NCBI GenBank assembly: GCA_965279305.1
Contig: OZ257143.1
Coordinates: 330,001 to 362,000 of the forward strand
DNA from: Gammaproteobacteria bacterium
GTDB lineage: Bacteria; Pseudomonadota; Gammaproteobacteria; JBIOEC01
Reading direction: 5' to 3'
DNA: 32,000 bases
Shown here: positions 1 through 7,860 of the stretch, piece after piece
Position numbering within the stretch: position 1 is the first letter of the stretch
Layout of the letters: each line of letters starts with the position of its first letter
Notes under the pieces: generated by a model
Databases searched by the model: none
What the model saw: the letters and a program-made list of their open reading frames with translations, nothing else
Told to the model about the DNA's origin: nothing
Position numbers and translations under genes: made by a program

Positions 1-1
1 C

Positions 2-436
2 TATAATAAATATTTAAAACAACATCCGGTGCCTTTATTTGAAGGTATTGAAAAAGCCATTACCTTTTTAAATGAAAAAAATATTCCTTGGGGTATTGTT
101 ACTAATAAGCAAGAAGAGTTTACTCAGCTCACATTGAAACAACATCCACTATTAGCCAGCGCATTAGTAGTGGTGTGTGGCGATACGATTGCGTTTAGCA
201 AACCCCACCCTGCACCCCTATTACATGCCTGCATCACGCTGCAGCATTCCCCAGCACATATTATCTTTATAGGTGATCACACTTATGATATTCAAGCAGG
301 CCACCATGCGGGCATGTCTACCGGTGTTGCTCTTTATGGCTACATTACCGATAAAAGCCCACCCGAAAACTGGGGTGCCGATTACCTATTCAAAACCCCT
401 GCCGATATAGAAAGCTGGCTGCGCTCTCACTTCTAA
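2..436 (+). CDS. HAD-superfamily (subfamily IA) hydrolase, phosphoglycolate phosphatase / MupP-like; 5' end lies outside the window
   Basis: The frame is open from base 2, with no stop upstream of the ORF-track GTG at 29, so the gene begins left of the window. HAD motif III Lys is present in FSKPHPAPLL and the motif IV acid pair in IFIGDHTYDIQAG. A YciK-type SDR follows, as in other Gammaproteobacteria. Confidence 0.8.
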   Translation, partial: YNKYLKQHPVPLFEGIEKAITFLNEKNIPWGIVTNKQEEFTQLTLKQHPLLASALVVVCGDTIAFSKPHPAPLLHACITLQHSPAHIIFIGDHTYDIQAGHHAGMSTGVALYGYITDKSPPENWGADYLFKTPADIESWLRSHF

Positions 437-473
437 TGATATAATCGGCTTTATTTATTAGTATTTACTCACT

Positions 474-1223
474 ATGCAGCAAAATTCCTCAGATTTATTA
501 AAGAACCAAGTAATTTTAATTACAGGCGCTGGCGCAGGTCTTGGCCAAGCCGCCGCCTATGCGTATGCCGAGCAAGGCGCTACCGTTATTTTATTGGGCA
601 AAAATCCTAAGCAACTATCCGCCGTTTACGATCATATTGTTGCGCAAGGCTGGCCTGAGCCTGCCATTTACCCTATGAATTTAGCCGGTGCTTCTATTGA
701 TGATTACCGAGAAATGGCGGGCATTATTCAAAAAGAATTTGGACGCCTAGATGGCTTGCTTCATAACGCCGCACTCTTGGAAACGCTTACACCTGTTGAG
801 CATTATCCGTTAGATCGTTTATATAAAGTGATGCAGGTTAATTTACACGCGCCTTTTTTAATGACACAAACCTTATTACCCTTGCTCACGCAATCAGAAG
901 GCTCTATTATTTTTACATTAGACAACGCTGCTACGGCTTATCGCGGCGCTTACGGAATAAGCAAACAAGGTTTACAAGGATTTATGCATATTTTAGCGGA
1001 CGAATTGGAAATAAATTCACCTATTCGCGTGAATGGCATTTCCCCCTGCCCTGTGCGCACTCATTTGCGCGCTTGTGCTTTTCCTGCTGAAAATCCTGAA
1101 AAACATCCATTACCTGAAAACATGATGGCGGCTTATATTTACTTGATGGATCCGAAAAATAAAGATGTACACGGAAAAATGTTATATCTACAACCTAATG
1201 GAGAATGGAATCATGGCAATTAA
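474..1223 (+). CDS. yciK: Short-chain dehydrogenase/reductase, YciK-like
   Basis: Rossmann motif ITGAGAGLG (TGxxxGxG) and active-site YGISK (YxxxK). Blocks RLDGLLHNAA, VMQVNL and FLMTQTLLPLL match my recollection of YciK-family SDRs. Confidence 0.8.
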   Translation: MQQNSSDLLKNQVILITGAGAGLGQAAAYAYAEQGATVILLGKNPKQLSAVYDHIVAQGWPEPAIYPMNLAGASIDDYREMAGIIQKEFGRLDGLLHNAALLETLTPVEHYPLDRLYKVMQVNLHAPFLMTQTLLPLLTQSEGSIIFTLDNAATAYRGAYGISKQGLQGFMHILADELEINSPIRVNGISPCPVRTHLRACAFPAENPEKHPLPENMMAAYIYLMDPKNKDVHGKMLYLQPNGEWNHGN

Positions 1224-1932
1224 AATTTTTGTAAATGGCGCCGAAGGAAAAATGGGAAAAGCCGTTGTTAATGCCGTTACCAGTGACATTCAGTGCTCTT
1301 TAATAGGCACGGGTGATAGAGGTGACAATTTAGAACAATTATTAAAACATCATAAGCCTGATGTAGCCATTGATTTTACGGTTCCTGCTTCTGCTTATGA
1401 TAATGCTGTCGCCATTATTGAAGCAGGCGTTCATCCTGTGATTGGCACTACTGGCATGACCATGGATCAAATTAAAGATTTGCAAAAACGGTGTGCTGAC
1501 AAAAAACTGGGCGGCGTTATTGCTCCCAACTTTTCTATTGGCGTTATATTAATGATGTTATGCGCAGAGCGTATTAGCCATTATATGTCGGATGTTAGCA
1601 TTATCGAATTACATCATCCTCATAAACTCGATGCGCCAAGCGGAACTGCGAAAAAAACCGCAGAAATGATAGCAAAACATATTAAAGCAAGCACTGTTAA
1701 AAAACATGTTGGACATTCACATGAGCATGAAGGTATACATATACATTCTATTCGTTTACCAGGCATTATCGCTAGCCAAGAAGTGATTTTTGGCGCAGAA
1801 GGCGAAACGCTTTCTATTCGCCACGATACTTTTGACCGCAGCACATATATGCCCGGTATTTTATTAGCCTGCAAAAAAGTGATGCATATGAAAGAGCTCG
1901 CATACGGGCTAGAACATTTGTTAGAGGATTAA
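1213..1932 (+). CDS. dapB: 4-hydroxy-tetrahydrodipicolinate reductase
   Basis: Signature ELHHPHKLDAPSGTA plus an N-terminal NAD(P) fold (MAIKIFVNGAEGKMGKAV). I prefer the ATG at 1213, which has GGAGA about 8 nt upstream and the canonical DapB N-terminus, over the ORF-track start at 1165. It overlaps the yciK end by 11 nt. Confidence 0.9.
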   Translation: MAIKIFVNGAEGKMGKAVVNAVTSDIQCSLIGTGDRGDNLEQLLKHHKPDVAIDFTVPASAYDNAVAIIEAGVHPVIGTTGMTMDQIKDLQKRCADKKLGGVIAPNFSIGVILMMLCAERISHYMSDVSIIELHHPHKLDAPSGTAKKTAEMIAKHIKASTVKKHVGHSHEHEGIHIHSIRLPGIIASQEVIFGAEGETLSIRHDTFDRSTYMPGILLACKKVMHMKELAYGLEHLLED

Positions 1933-1935
1933 TAT

Positions 1936-3309
1936 ATGTTTAAAAGTTTAAGTGATCGTTTAACGCAAACGTTTAATTCAATTACTGGACGTGGACGTTT
2001 AACCGAAGAAAATGTTCAAGATACGTTACGCCAAATTCGCATTGCGCTATTAGAAGCCGATGTGGCATTGCCAGTAATCAAAAAATTCATTGAAGATATT
2101 AAAGAAAAAGCCTTAGGCCAAGAAGTATTAAAAAGTTTAAACCCAAGCCAAACATTAATCCGCATTGTGCGGGATGAATTAATCGCGGTAATGGGCGACA
2201 CTAATGAAACCTTAAATTTACAAGCTCAACCGCCGGCTGTGATTTTAATGGCAGGTCTTCAAGGTTCTGGTAAAACCACAACCACTGCAAAATTAGCAGA
2301 GCTTTTAAAAACTCGTGATAAAAAACAAGTCATGGTCACCAGTGTGGACGTTTATCGCCCTGCTGCTATTGAGCAATTAAAAGTACTAGCCAACAGTATT
2401 GATGTAGCCTTTTTCCCTAGCGATAACACGCAAAATCCTGTGGCTATTGCTAAAGCCGCTTTAGAGCAAGCGCGTAAACAAGTGATGGATGTATTAATTA
2501 TTGATACCGCCGGTCGCTTACATGTAGACGAAGCATTAATGAAAGAAATTCAAGCGCTACATAAAGCGGTTGATCCTATCGAAACCTTATTTGTTGTTGA
2601 CAGCATGACCGGTCAAGATGCGGCTCACACTGCAAAAGCATTTTCAGATGCATTGCCACTCACCGGCGTTATTTTAACCAAAGCCGATGGTGATGCGAGA
2701 GGTGGTGCTGCATTATCGGTACGCCAAATTACCGGCAAGCCTATTAAGTTTATTGGGGTGGGCGAAAAAATTAATGCACTAGAATCATTCCATCCTGATC
2801 GTATTGCTTCTAGTATTTTAGGCATGGGGGATGTTTTAGGACTTATTGAACAAGTAGAACAAAAAGTCGATAAACAAGAAGCGGAAAAGCTTAGCAAAAA
2901 ATTCCAAAAAGGTAGCTTCGATTTAGAAGATTTTCGTGGACAGCTGCAACAAATGGGAAAAATGGGCAATATGAGCGAGCTGATGGGCAAAATTCCCGGC
3001 ATGCCAGGAATGCCTACAGGCGCTGTGGACGATAAAATGTTCGGGCGTTACACCGCCATGATTAATTCCATGACGGTGCAAGAACGCCGCTTCCCTCAAA
3101 TTATCAAAGGCTCTCGTAAAAAACGCATAGCCGCTGGCTCAGGCACACAAATCCCCGAAGTAAATCGTTTGTTAAAACAATTCGATCAAATGCAAACCAT
3201 GATGAAAAAAGTCACCAAAAAAGGCGGCATGCAAAAAATGCTCCGCGGCCTTCAAGGTAGAATGGGCGGCATGGGTGGTATGGGCGGCGGTCGCCCTCCC
3301 GGCTTCTAA
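1936..3309 (+). CDS. ffh: Signal recognition particle protein Ffh
   Basis: SRP54-type GTPase motifs GLQGSGKTTT, DTAGR and TKADGD. Met-rich M domain and a C-terminal GGMGGMGG tail. GAGGA Shine-Dalgarno upstream. Confidence 0.97.
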   Translation: MFKSLSDRLTQTFNSITGRGRLTEENVQDTLRQIRIALLEADVALPVIKKFIEDIKEKALGQEVLKSLNPSQTLIRIVRDELIAVMGDTNETLNLQAQPPAVILMAGLQGSGKTTTTAKLAELLKTRDKKQVMVTSVDVYRPAAIEQLKVLANSIDVAFFPSDNTQNPVAIAKAALEQARKQVMDVLIIDTAGRLHVDEALMKEIQALHKAVDPIETLFVVDSMTGQDAAHTAKAFSDALPLTGVILTKADGDARGGAALSVRQITGKPIKFIGVGEKINALESFHPDRIASSILGMGDVLGLIEQVEQKVDKQEAEKLSKKFQKGSFDLEDFRGQLQQMGKMGNMSELMGKIPGMPGMPTGAVDDKMFGRYTAMINSMTVQERRFPQIIKGSRKKRIAAGSGTQIPEVNRLLKQFDQMQTMMKKVTKKGGMQKMLRGLQGRMGGMGGMGGGRPPGF

Positions 3310-3344
3310 TTATTATTAGAAATTCTTTAGGGATCCCACTTTGC

Positions 3345-3578
3345 TTATGCTGCAGGAGGGAAACGATGCCGCAAAGCATCTGGAGGGGTATTTGATATCA
3401 AAGCCAAGTTTTGACCTGCATTACCTGTCATAGCAATAATATTGGGCATGGGAGCTAGATTACCATTTCTATCTTCTCGCTTTCTTGAATTACGCATAAC
3501 GTGTAACAATATCCCTGCCCCAAAAAGAAGAACACTTAAGAATGTTGATGATACAGCGTAAAAGTTTTCGTCAGTCAT
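3345..3578 (-). CDS. Hypothetical small protein with one predicted N-terminal hydrophobic helix (weak call)
   Basis: This is the only ORF in the 487-bp ffh-kinase spacer. It has one hydrophobic stretch (FLSVLLFGAGILLHVM) followed by a basic patch. No convincing SD and no recognisable family. Confidence 0.25.
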   Translation of the reverse strand: MTDENFYAVSSTFLSVLLFGAGILLHVMRNSRKREDRNGNLAPMPNIIAMTGNAGQNLALISNTPPDALRHRFPPAA

Positions 3579-3796
3579 GATTATTTACTATGATTAATTG
3601 ATGTTGGCATTATATCCCTACCTCCAGGAAGCTGTCAACTGACTAACTTTTGCCTAATGGCCAATTTGTAGGATTAGCCCTACCCTATTTTCAGCATATC
3701 ATTTGGTATACAAAACTGACCTAAGTTCATCTATTCTGTTAGAATATGAGATTCATCCAGGCATAAAATTATCATTGTAAGCCTTATTAGAGATAT

Positions 3797-6247
3797 ATGA
3801 ATTTACTCAACTTTTTATCAAAATTTATTTCCTCTTCAACAAGTTCAACATCATTGAACCTGCAACAATCGATCATTGACCATATCCCTAATTATTATAT
3901 TTTCTGGAAAGATACCCATTCCGTTTACTTAGGCTGTAATGCGGCTTTAGCCGATGCGCTAGGTATAAAATCCAGTGCTGATATTGTAGGGAAGACCGAT
4001 TTTGATCTGCTTATATCTAGAGAAGAAGGCGAAAAATATCGCGCAGATGATAAAGAAATAATGAATTCCAGAAAGCCCAAACTTAATATTGAAGAACATC
4101 AAACCCTACCTAATGGTAAAAAAATTGTACTGTTAACTAGCAAAGTACCTCTTATTGATGCTGAAGATAATGTTTATGGGATATTGGGAATTTGCTCCGA
4201 TATTACAGAACAAAAAAATGCTGAAAACAAACTAATAAAAGCAAGCTCTGAAGCGACTCAATTAAGAAGCTCTATAGTTGATCATATTCCAAATTATTTT
4301 ATTTTTTGGAAAGATAAAGATTCAATATATTTGGGATGCAACGCAGCATATGCCCAAACTGCAGGAGTAAACTCTCCGAATAGCATTATCGGAAAATCAG
4401 ACTATGATTTGCCATGGTCTAAAAAAGAAAGTGATGCATATAGAGCCGATGATAAATTAGTTATGGAATCTAAGCAGGCAAAATTAAACATTATTGAACC
4501 ACAAACTTTGGCCAATGGTAAAAAAATTGTACTCTTAACCAGTAAAGTACCTCTTATTAATTCTCAGGGAGATGTATACGGCATACTGGGGATTTATTCT
4601 GATATTACAGAGCAAAAAGAAAATGAACAAAAATTAATTGAAGCTAATCTAAAATTAGAGCTTGCACTACAATCCAAATCAGAATTTGTGCGTAATATTA
4701 GCCATGATATTCGAACACCCCTATCTGGGATCCAACAAACTGCCCGAATGATTTCCGATGGAAAAATATCTGAAGAAGATGTTCCCGAATATGCTTTTCA
4801 TATTCTTGAAGCCAGTAATCAACTAATGGAATTATTCAATCAAATTATTAGTGTTTCCAAAAAGGAACATTTTGATTTTGAAGATCACATTGTCAAATTT
4901 GATGTTTATAAACTTTTAAAAGGGCTAAAAGAAACTTATGAAGTAGTAGCTAAGCATAAAGGACTGACTTTAGAAATTGAACATACCAAAGACGTTCCTC
5001 ATTATTTGTTAGGTAAACATGAGAGACTTCATAGAATTTTTCTTAATTTATTAGGCAATGCACTTAAATTTACTAAAAAAGGAAGTGTAAAACTATTAGT
5101 AGAGAAAGCAAAGGAAGAAAACCAAAACATCATTTTACGCTTTAGTATTATTGATACAGGCATTGGGATCCCCGAAGATAAACATGCTCATATTTTTGAA
5201 CCTTTTAGTCGTTTACAACCTTCTTACCAAGGAGAATATGAGGGAGTTGGTTTAGGATTGCATTTAGTGAAAGAATATATTGAAAAAATGGATGGGGAAA
5301 TTTATGTGGAAAGTGAAGAAGGCCACGGCTCTATATTTACCTGCATCATACCATTTAAACGTCCTATATTAGAAAACAACAATGATATTGTTGAAGCGGA
5401 ATATACCCATCAAATTCCAATTAAAGAGAAAAAGGTAAAATCTTCTGCTAAGACCAAAGAAAAAAATATTGATTCCTCTACTAAAAATAGCAATGGTCCT
5501 TTATATCCTGTTCTTTTAGTAGAAGATAATGCTCTTGCTCAGCATATGGGCCAACTAATTCTTAAAGGAATGCCAACAAATTATCAAGTAGATGTTGCAA
5601 GTTCAGGCGAAGAAGCATTGGAGCTTACTTTAAAAAAAGCGTATCAACTCATTTATATCGATATTGGTTTGCCCAAGATGGATGGGACAGAAACCGTACG
5701 TCAAATCAGAGCAAATAGTAAAAACCCCAGCCAGCACGCCTTTATTGTTGCGCTGACCGCGCATGCAGATGACGAAACAGCAAAACAAGCTCTAGCGTCT
5801 GGAATGCAGCATGTGTTAATTAAACCCTTAACACCTGAAAAAGCTCAGCAAATTCAGATTGCACTAATTCGTTCACAAACATCTAAGGAAAGCTCAACAG
5901 TAATTGACTTTAATCTTTGGTTAACACGTGTTGGACAGAGTGAAGAAATGTTAGAAGAAACATTTCATATGCTAGCTAAACAATTTTTAATTGATCGTCC
6001 TATTATTGTAAAAACTTATGAAGCGCATGATCTTCCTGCTCTTCAAGCTATTACACATAAAATGAAGGGAGCTTTAGGCTATTGTGGACTTCCGCGTTTA
6101 GAATCAGCTATTAAAGGAATTGAACTTGCAGCCAAACAAGGTAATCAACAAGAAGTGGGCAAATGGTATACTGAAGTTATTGAAGCCTTAGATGAAGCAG
6201 AAAAGGAATATCAAAAGTGGGCTGAAACACATCCACAGGTCAATTAA
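3797..6247 (+). CDS. Cytoplasmic tripartite (unorthodox) hybrid sensor histidine kinase: PAS-PAS-HisKA-HATPase-REC-HPt
   Basis: Two PAS-like modules. H-box FVRNISHDIRTPLSGI, with the His303 codon at 4703-4705. N-box LNLLGNALKFT, G1 IDTGIGI and G2 GVGLGL. Receiver VLLVEDN...IYIDIGLPKMDG...KP. HPt motif ITHKMKGALGYCG. No N-terminal transmembrane segment is visible. Confidence 0.92.
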   Translation: MNLLNFLSKFISSSTSSTSLNLQQSIIDHIPNYYIFWKDTHSVYLGCNAALADALGIKSSADIVGKTDFDLLISREEGEKYRADDKEIMNSRKPKLNIEEHQTLPNGKKIVLLTSKVPLIDAEDNVYGILGICSDITEQKNAENKLIKASSEATQLRSSIVDHIPNYFIFWKDKDSIYLGCNAAYAQTAGVNSPNSIIGKSDYDLPWSKKESDAYRADDKLVMESKQAKLNIIEPQTLANGKKIVLLTSKVPLINSQGDVYGILGIYSDITEQKENEQKLIEANLKLELALQSKSEFVRNISHDIRTPLSGIQQTARMISDGKISEEDVPEYAFHILEASNQLMELFNQIISVSKKEHFDFEDHIVKFDVYKLLKGLKETYEVVAKHKGLTLEIEHTKDVPHYLLGKHERLHRIFLNLLGNALKFTKKGSVKLLVEKAKEENQNIILRFSIIDTGIGIPEDKHAHIFEPFSRLQPSYQGEYEGVGLGLHLVKEYIEKMDGEIYVESEEGHGSIFTCIIPFKRPILENNNDIVEAEYTHQIPIKEKKVKSSAKTKEKNIDSSTKNSNGPLYPVLLVEDNALAQHMGQLILKGMPTNYQVDVASSGEEALELTLKKAYQLIYIDIGLPKMDGTETVRQIRANSKNPSQHAFIVALTAHADDETAKQALASGMQHVLIKPLTPEKAQQIQIALIRSQTSKESSTVIDFNLWLTRVGQSEEMLEETFHMLAKQFLIDRPIIVKTYEAHDLPALQAITHKMKGALGYCGLPRLESAIKGIELAAKQGNQQEVGKWYTEVIEALDEAEKEYQKWAETHPQVN
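3872..4645 (+). repeat. Tandem intragenic duplication encoding two PAS modules (copy 1 3872-4243, copy 2 4274-4645)
   Basis: The two 124-aa units align without gaps at a 402-nt offset and are roughly 60 percent identical by eye (DHIPNY.IFWKD, YLGCNAA, YRADDK, NGKKIVLLTSKVPLI, VYGILGI.SDITEQK). Nucleotide stretches such as aatggtaaaaaaattgtact are nearly identical in both copies. Confidence 0.85.
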
Positions 6248-6254
6248 TATTCAT

Positions 6255-7580
6255 CTATGAAGCATATGGGGATTTATTTGCAGCTACTGGAACAGCCGGG
6301 CTTTCCGATCGCAACAATCCGCTGCTACGAATAAAATCCATGGTGTGTAAAGTAGTAGTATTTACAGCGCTTTTTGGTTTCTCTCTCATTTCCTTTTTGG
6401 AGCGGGCAAATTCTCCATCTTTCAAGAAATAATAGCCTTCTGAACAATCTAGATCACTTTCTTTTGTATCAATTAAACGAACAATTTCATTTGCCGCATC
6501 GAAAACATTATTTACTTTACCTGAAAAAACATAAATTTGATCATCTTTCTTAAAGGTTACAGCAGTACGAAAATCACTATCAGTTTTTAATTTTGCAGCA
6601 ATGCCAGTATCAGTTCCTACAAACTCAAATCTTTCTTTAAAACCAGGATAAAACCGTTCGAAATCTTGTTCCCATAAAGGTTTATATCTTTGGATAAAAT
6701 TATCATACCCAGCATTGTTAATTTCATCATAAACTTTCTGTGCATCCTCGACGGTTTTACATGAGTCTAAAATCGTATATTTTGCATGATATAAAGTATA
6801 TTCCCTATAAATAGGAACTCCAGGTTCATGCACATGATCTTCTCTAGGCATTAAACACGCAAACATTCCATCCATCACTGTTAAAGAAAAAGGTTTTTCA
6901 CCTGCTTGTTTATCTTTGTAACGTAAGGTTAAACAGGGTTGGTAAACAGTCTCAATGTCGAAAGGCAAAGGTTCACTTGGCAGCAATGATTGATAGTATG
7001 TAGCATTTACTACATTATCAAATGCACCTTCTCCATTGATACTATACTTACCTTCTACATTTTTAATATCTTGAACAGAGCAATTACACTTAACTTCTAC
7101 GCCAGCTTCCATCAAATATCTCTTCATTACCTCACGAAGACGATCACCTACTAAACCGCTTGGTTCATCCATATCAAAAGCAGTATTTAAGTTTGTGTAC
7201 CCAAATACTGTGGGGTCTATTGGCTTGGCTCCATAAGCCTCAGATTCTCTGCAAACGGCTTCAAATACTTCTGCACTAACTTTAGAGGGATTACCATCAA
7301 CATCTTCTGTACCTAAAGCATATATCGCATGCTCAAGATGAACTAACAACTCTGGGTAATCGTGAAGGAATTCTTTAAGACCGTCTTGGCAACTCTGGCG
7401 TGTTCTTTCTGATCGAGGATAATGGGGACCCAAGTGGATACGCAACCCATACTTGCCAGATATTCCTTGAAAAACATCAGAATTCTTTTCATAGATGGTT
7501 ACGGTGTGGCCTTGCTTGCGTAGCATAAGAGCCACCATGCAACCTACCCAACCGCCACCAATTATCGCAATATTTGCCAT
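6255..7580 (-). CDS. FAD/NAD(P)-binding oxidoreductase, function unknown
   Basis: N-terminal dinucleotide-binding fold MANIAIIGGGWVGCMVALMLRKQGHTVTIYEK (GxGxxG followed by an acidic residue at the end of beta-2). The 441-aa ORF has no other motif I can assign. Confidence 0.7.
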   Translation of the reverse strand: MANIAIIGGGWVGCMVALMLRKQGHTVTIYEKNSDVFQGISGKYGLRIHLGPHYPRSERTRQSCQDGLKEFLHDYPELLVHLEHAIYALGTEDVDGNPSKVSAEVFEAVCRESEAYGAKPIDPTVFGYTNLNTAFDMDEPSGLVGDRLREVMKRYLMEAGVEVKCNCSVQDIKNVEGKYSINGEGAFDNVVNATYYQSLLPSEPLPFDIETVYQPCLTLRYKDKQAGEKPFSLTVMDGMFACLMPREDHVHEPGVPIYREYTLYHAKYTILDSCKTVEDAQKVYDEINNAGYDNFIQRYKPLWEQDFERFYPGFKERFEFVGTDTGIAAKLKTDSDFRTAVTFKKDDQIYVFSGKVNNVFDAANEIVRLIDTKESDLDCSEGYYFLKDGEFARSKKEMREKPKSAVNTTTLHTMDFIRSSGLLRSESPAVPVAANKSPYAS

Positions 7581-7860
7581 AGTAACCTAGCCTAAAACGT
7601 GTGCAATCATAAGCATTTTAGTAGAAATATTGCTTATAATAAACCCAAAATACAAATAGTAATTTAATCAACTTATTTTAACCTATTAAGGGATAGATAA
7701 CAAGTTGCCGTATTACATCCACACAGGCTATAAATTTTGCCCTCCCCTTTCCTCCATCCTTAACCCCAAAGCCTACATTTTTATAAAAACTTATGGTAGG
7801 ATGACCGACCAACCGGTTTGAGTATATAAGGAAATTTAATACCAATATAAGGAGATTTGC

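Noticed and set aside
915-965. Apparent absence of the classical SDR catalytic Ser upstream of Tyr160 in the YciK-like protein (FTLDNAATAYRGAYGISK)
   Set aside because: Thr148 or Ser144 could fill the role, and loop length varies among SDRs. This cannot be decided without a proper alignment or structure.
1165-1212. 5' extension of dapB (MYTEKCYIYNLMENGI) in the ORF track
   Set aside because: It overlaps the yciK coding end by 59 nt. The ATG at 1213 has a GGAGA SD and gives the canonical DapB N-terminus, MAIKIFVNGAEGKMG.
3304-3321. Short AT-only hairpin TTCTAAT-tatt-ATTAGAA overlapping the ffh stop codon, considered as a terminator
   Set aside because: It has a 7-bp stem made only of A-T/T-A pairs apart from one C-G. 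It is too weak to call with confidence.
7824-7853. 9-bp direct repeat ATATAAGGA x2 (21-nt period) upstream of the ParA-OTU gene, considered as a regulator site or PmrA-type box
   Set aside because: The second copy is simply the SD (AAGGAG), and the first may be a -10-like TATAAG. There is no TTAATATT-type half-site. This is too little to call a regulatory element.
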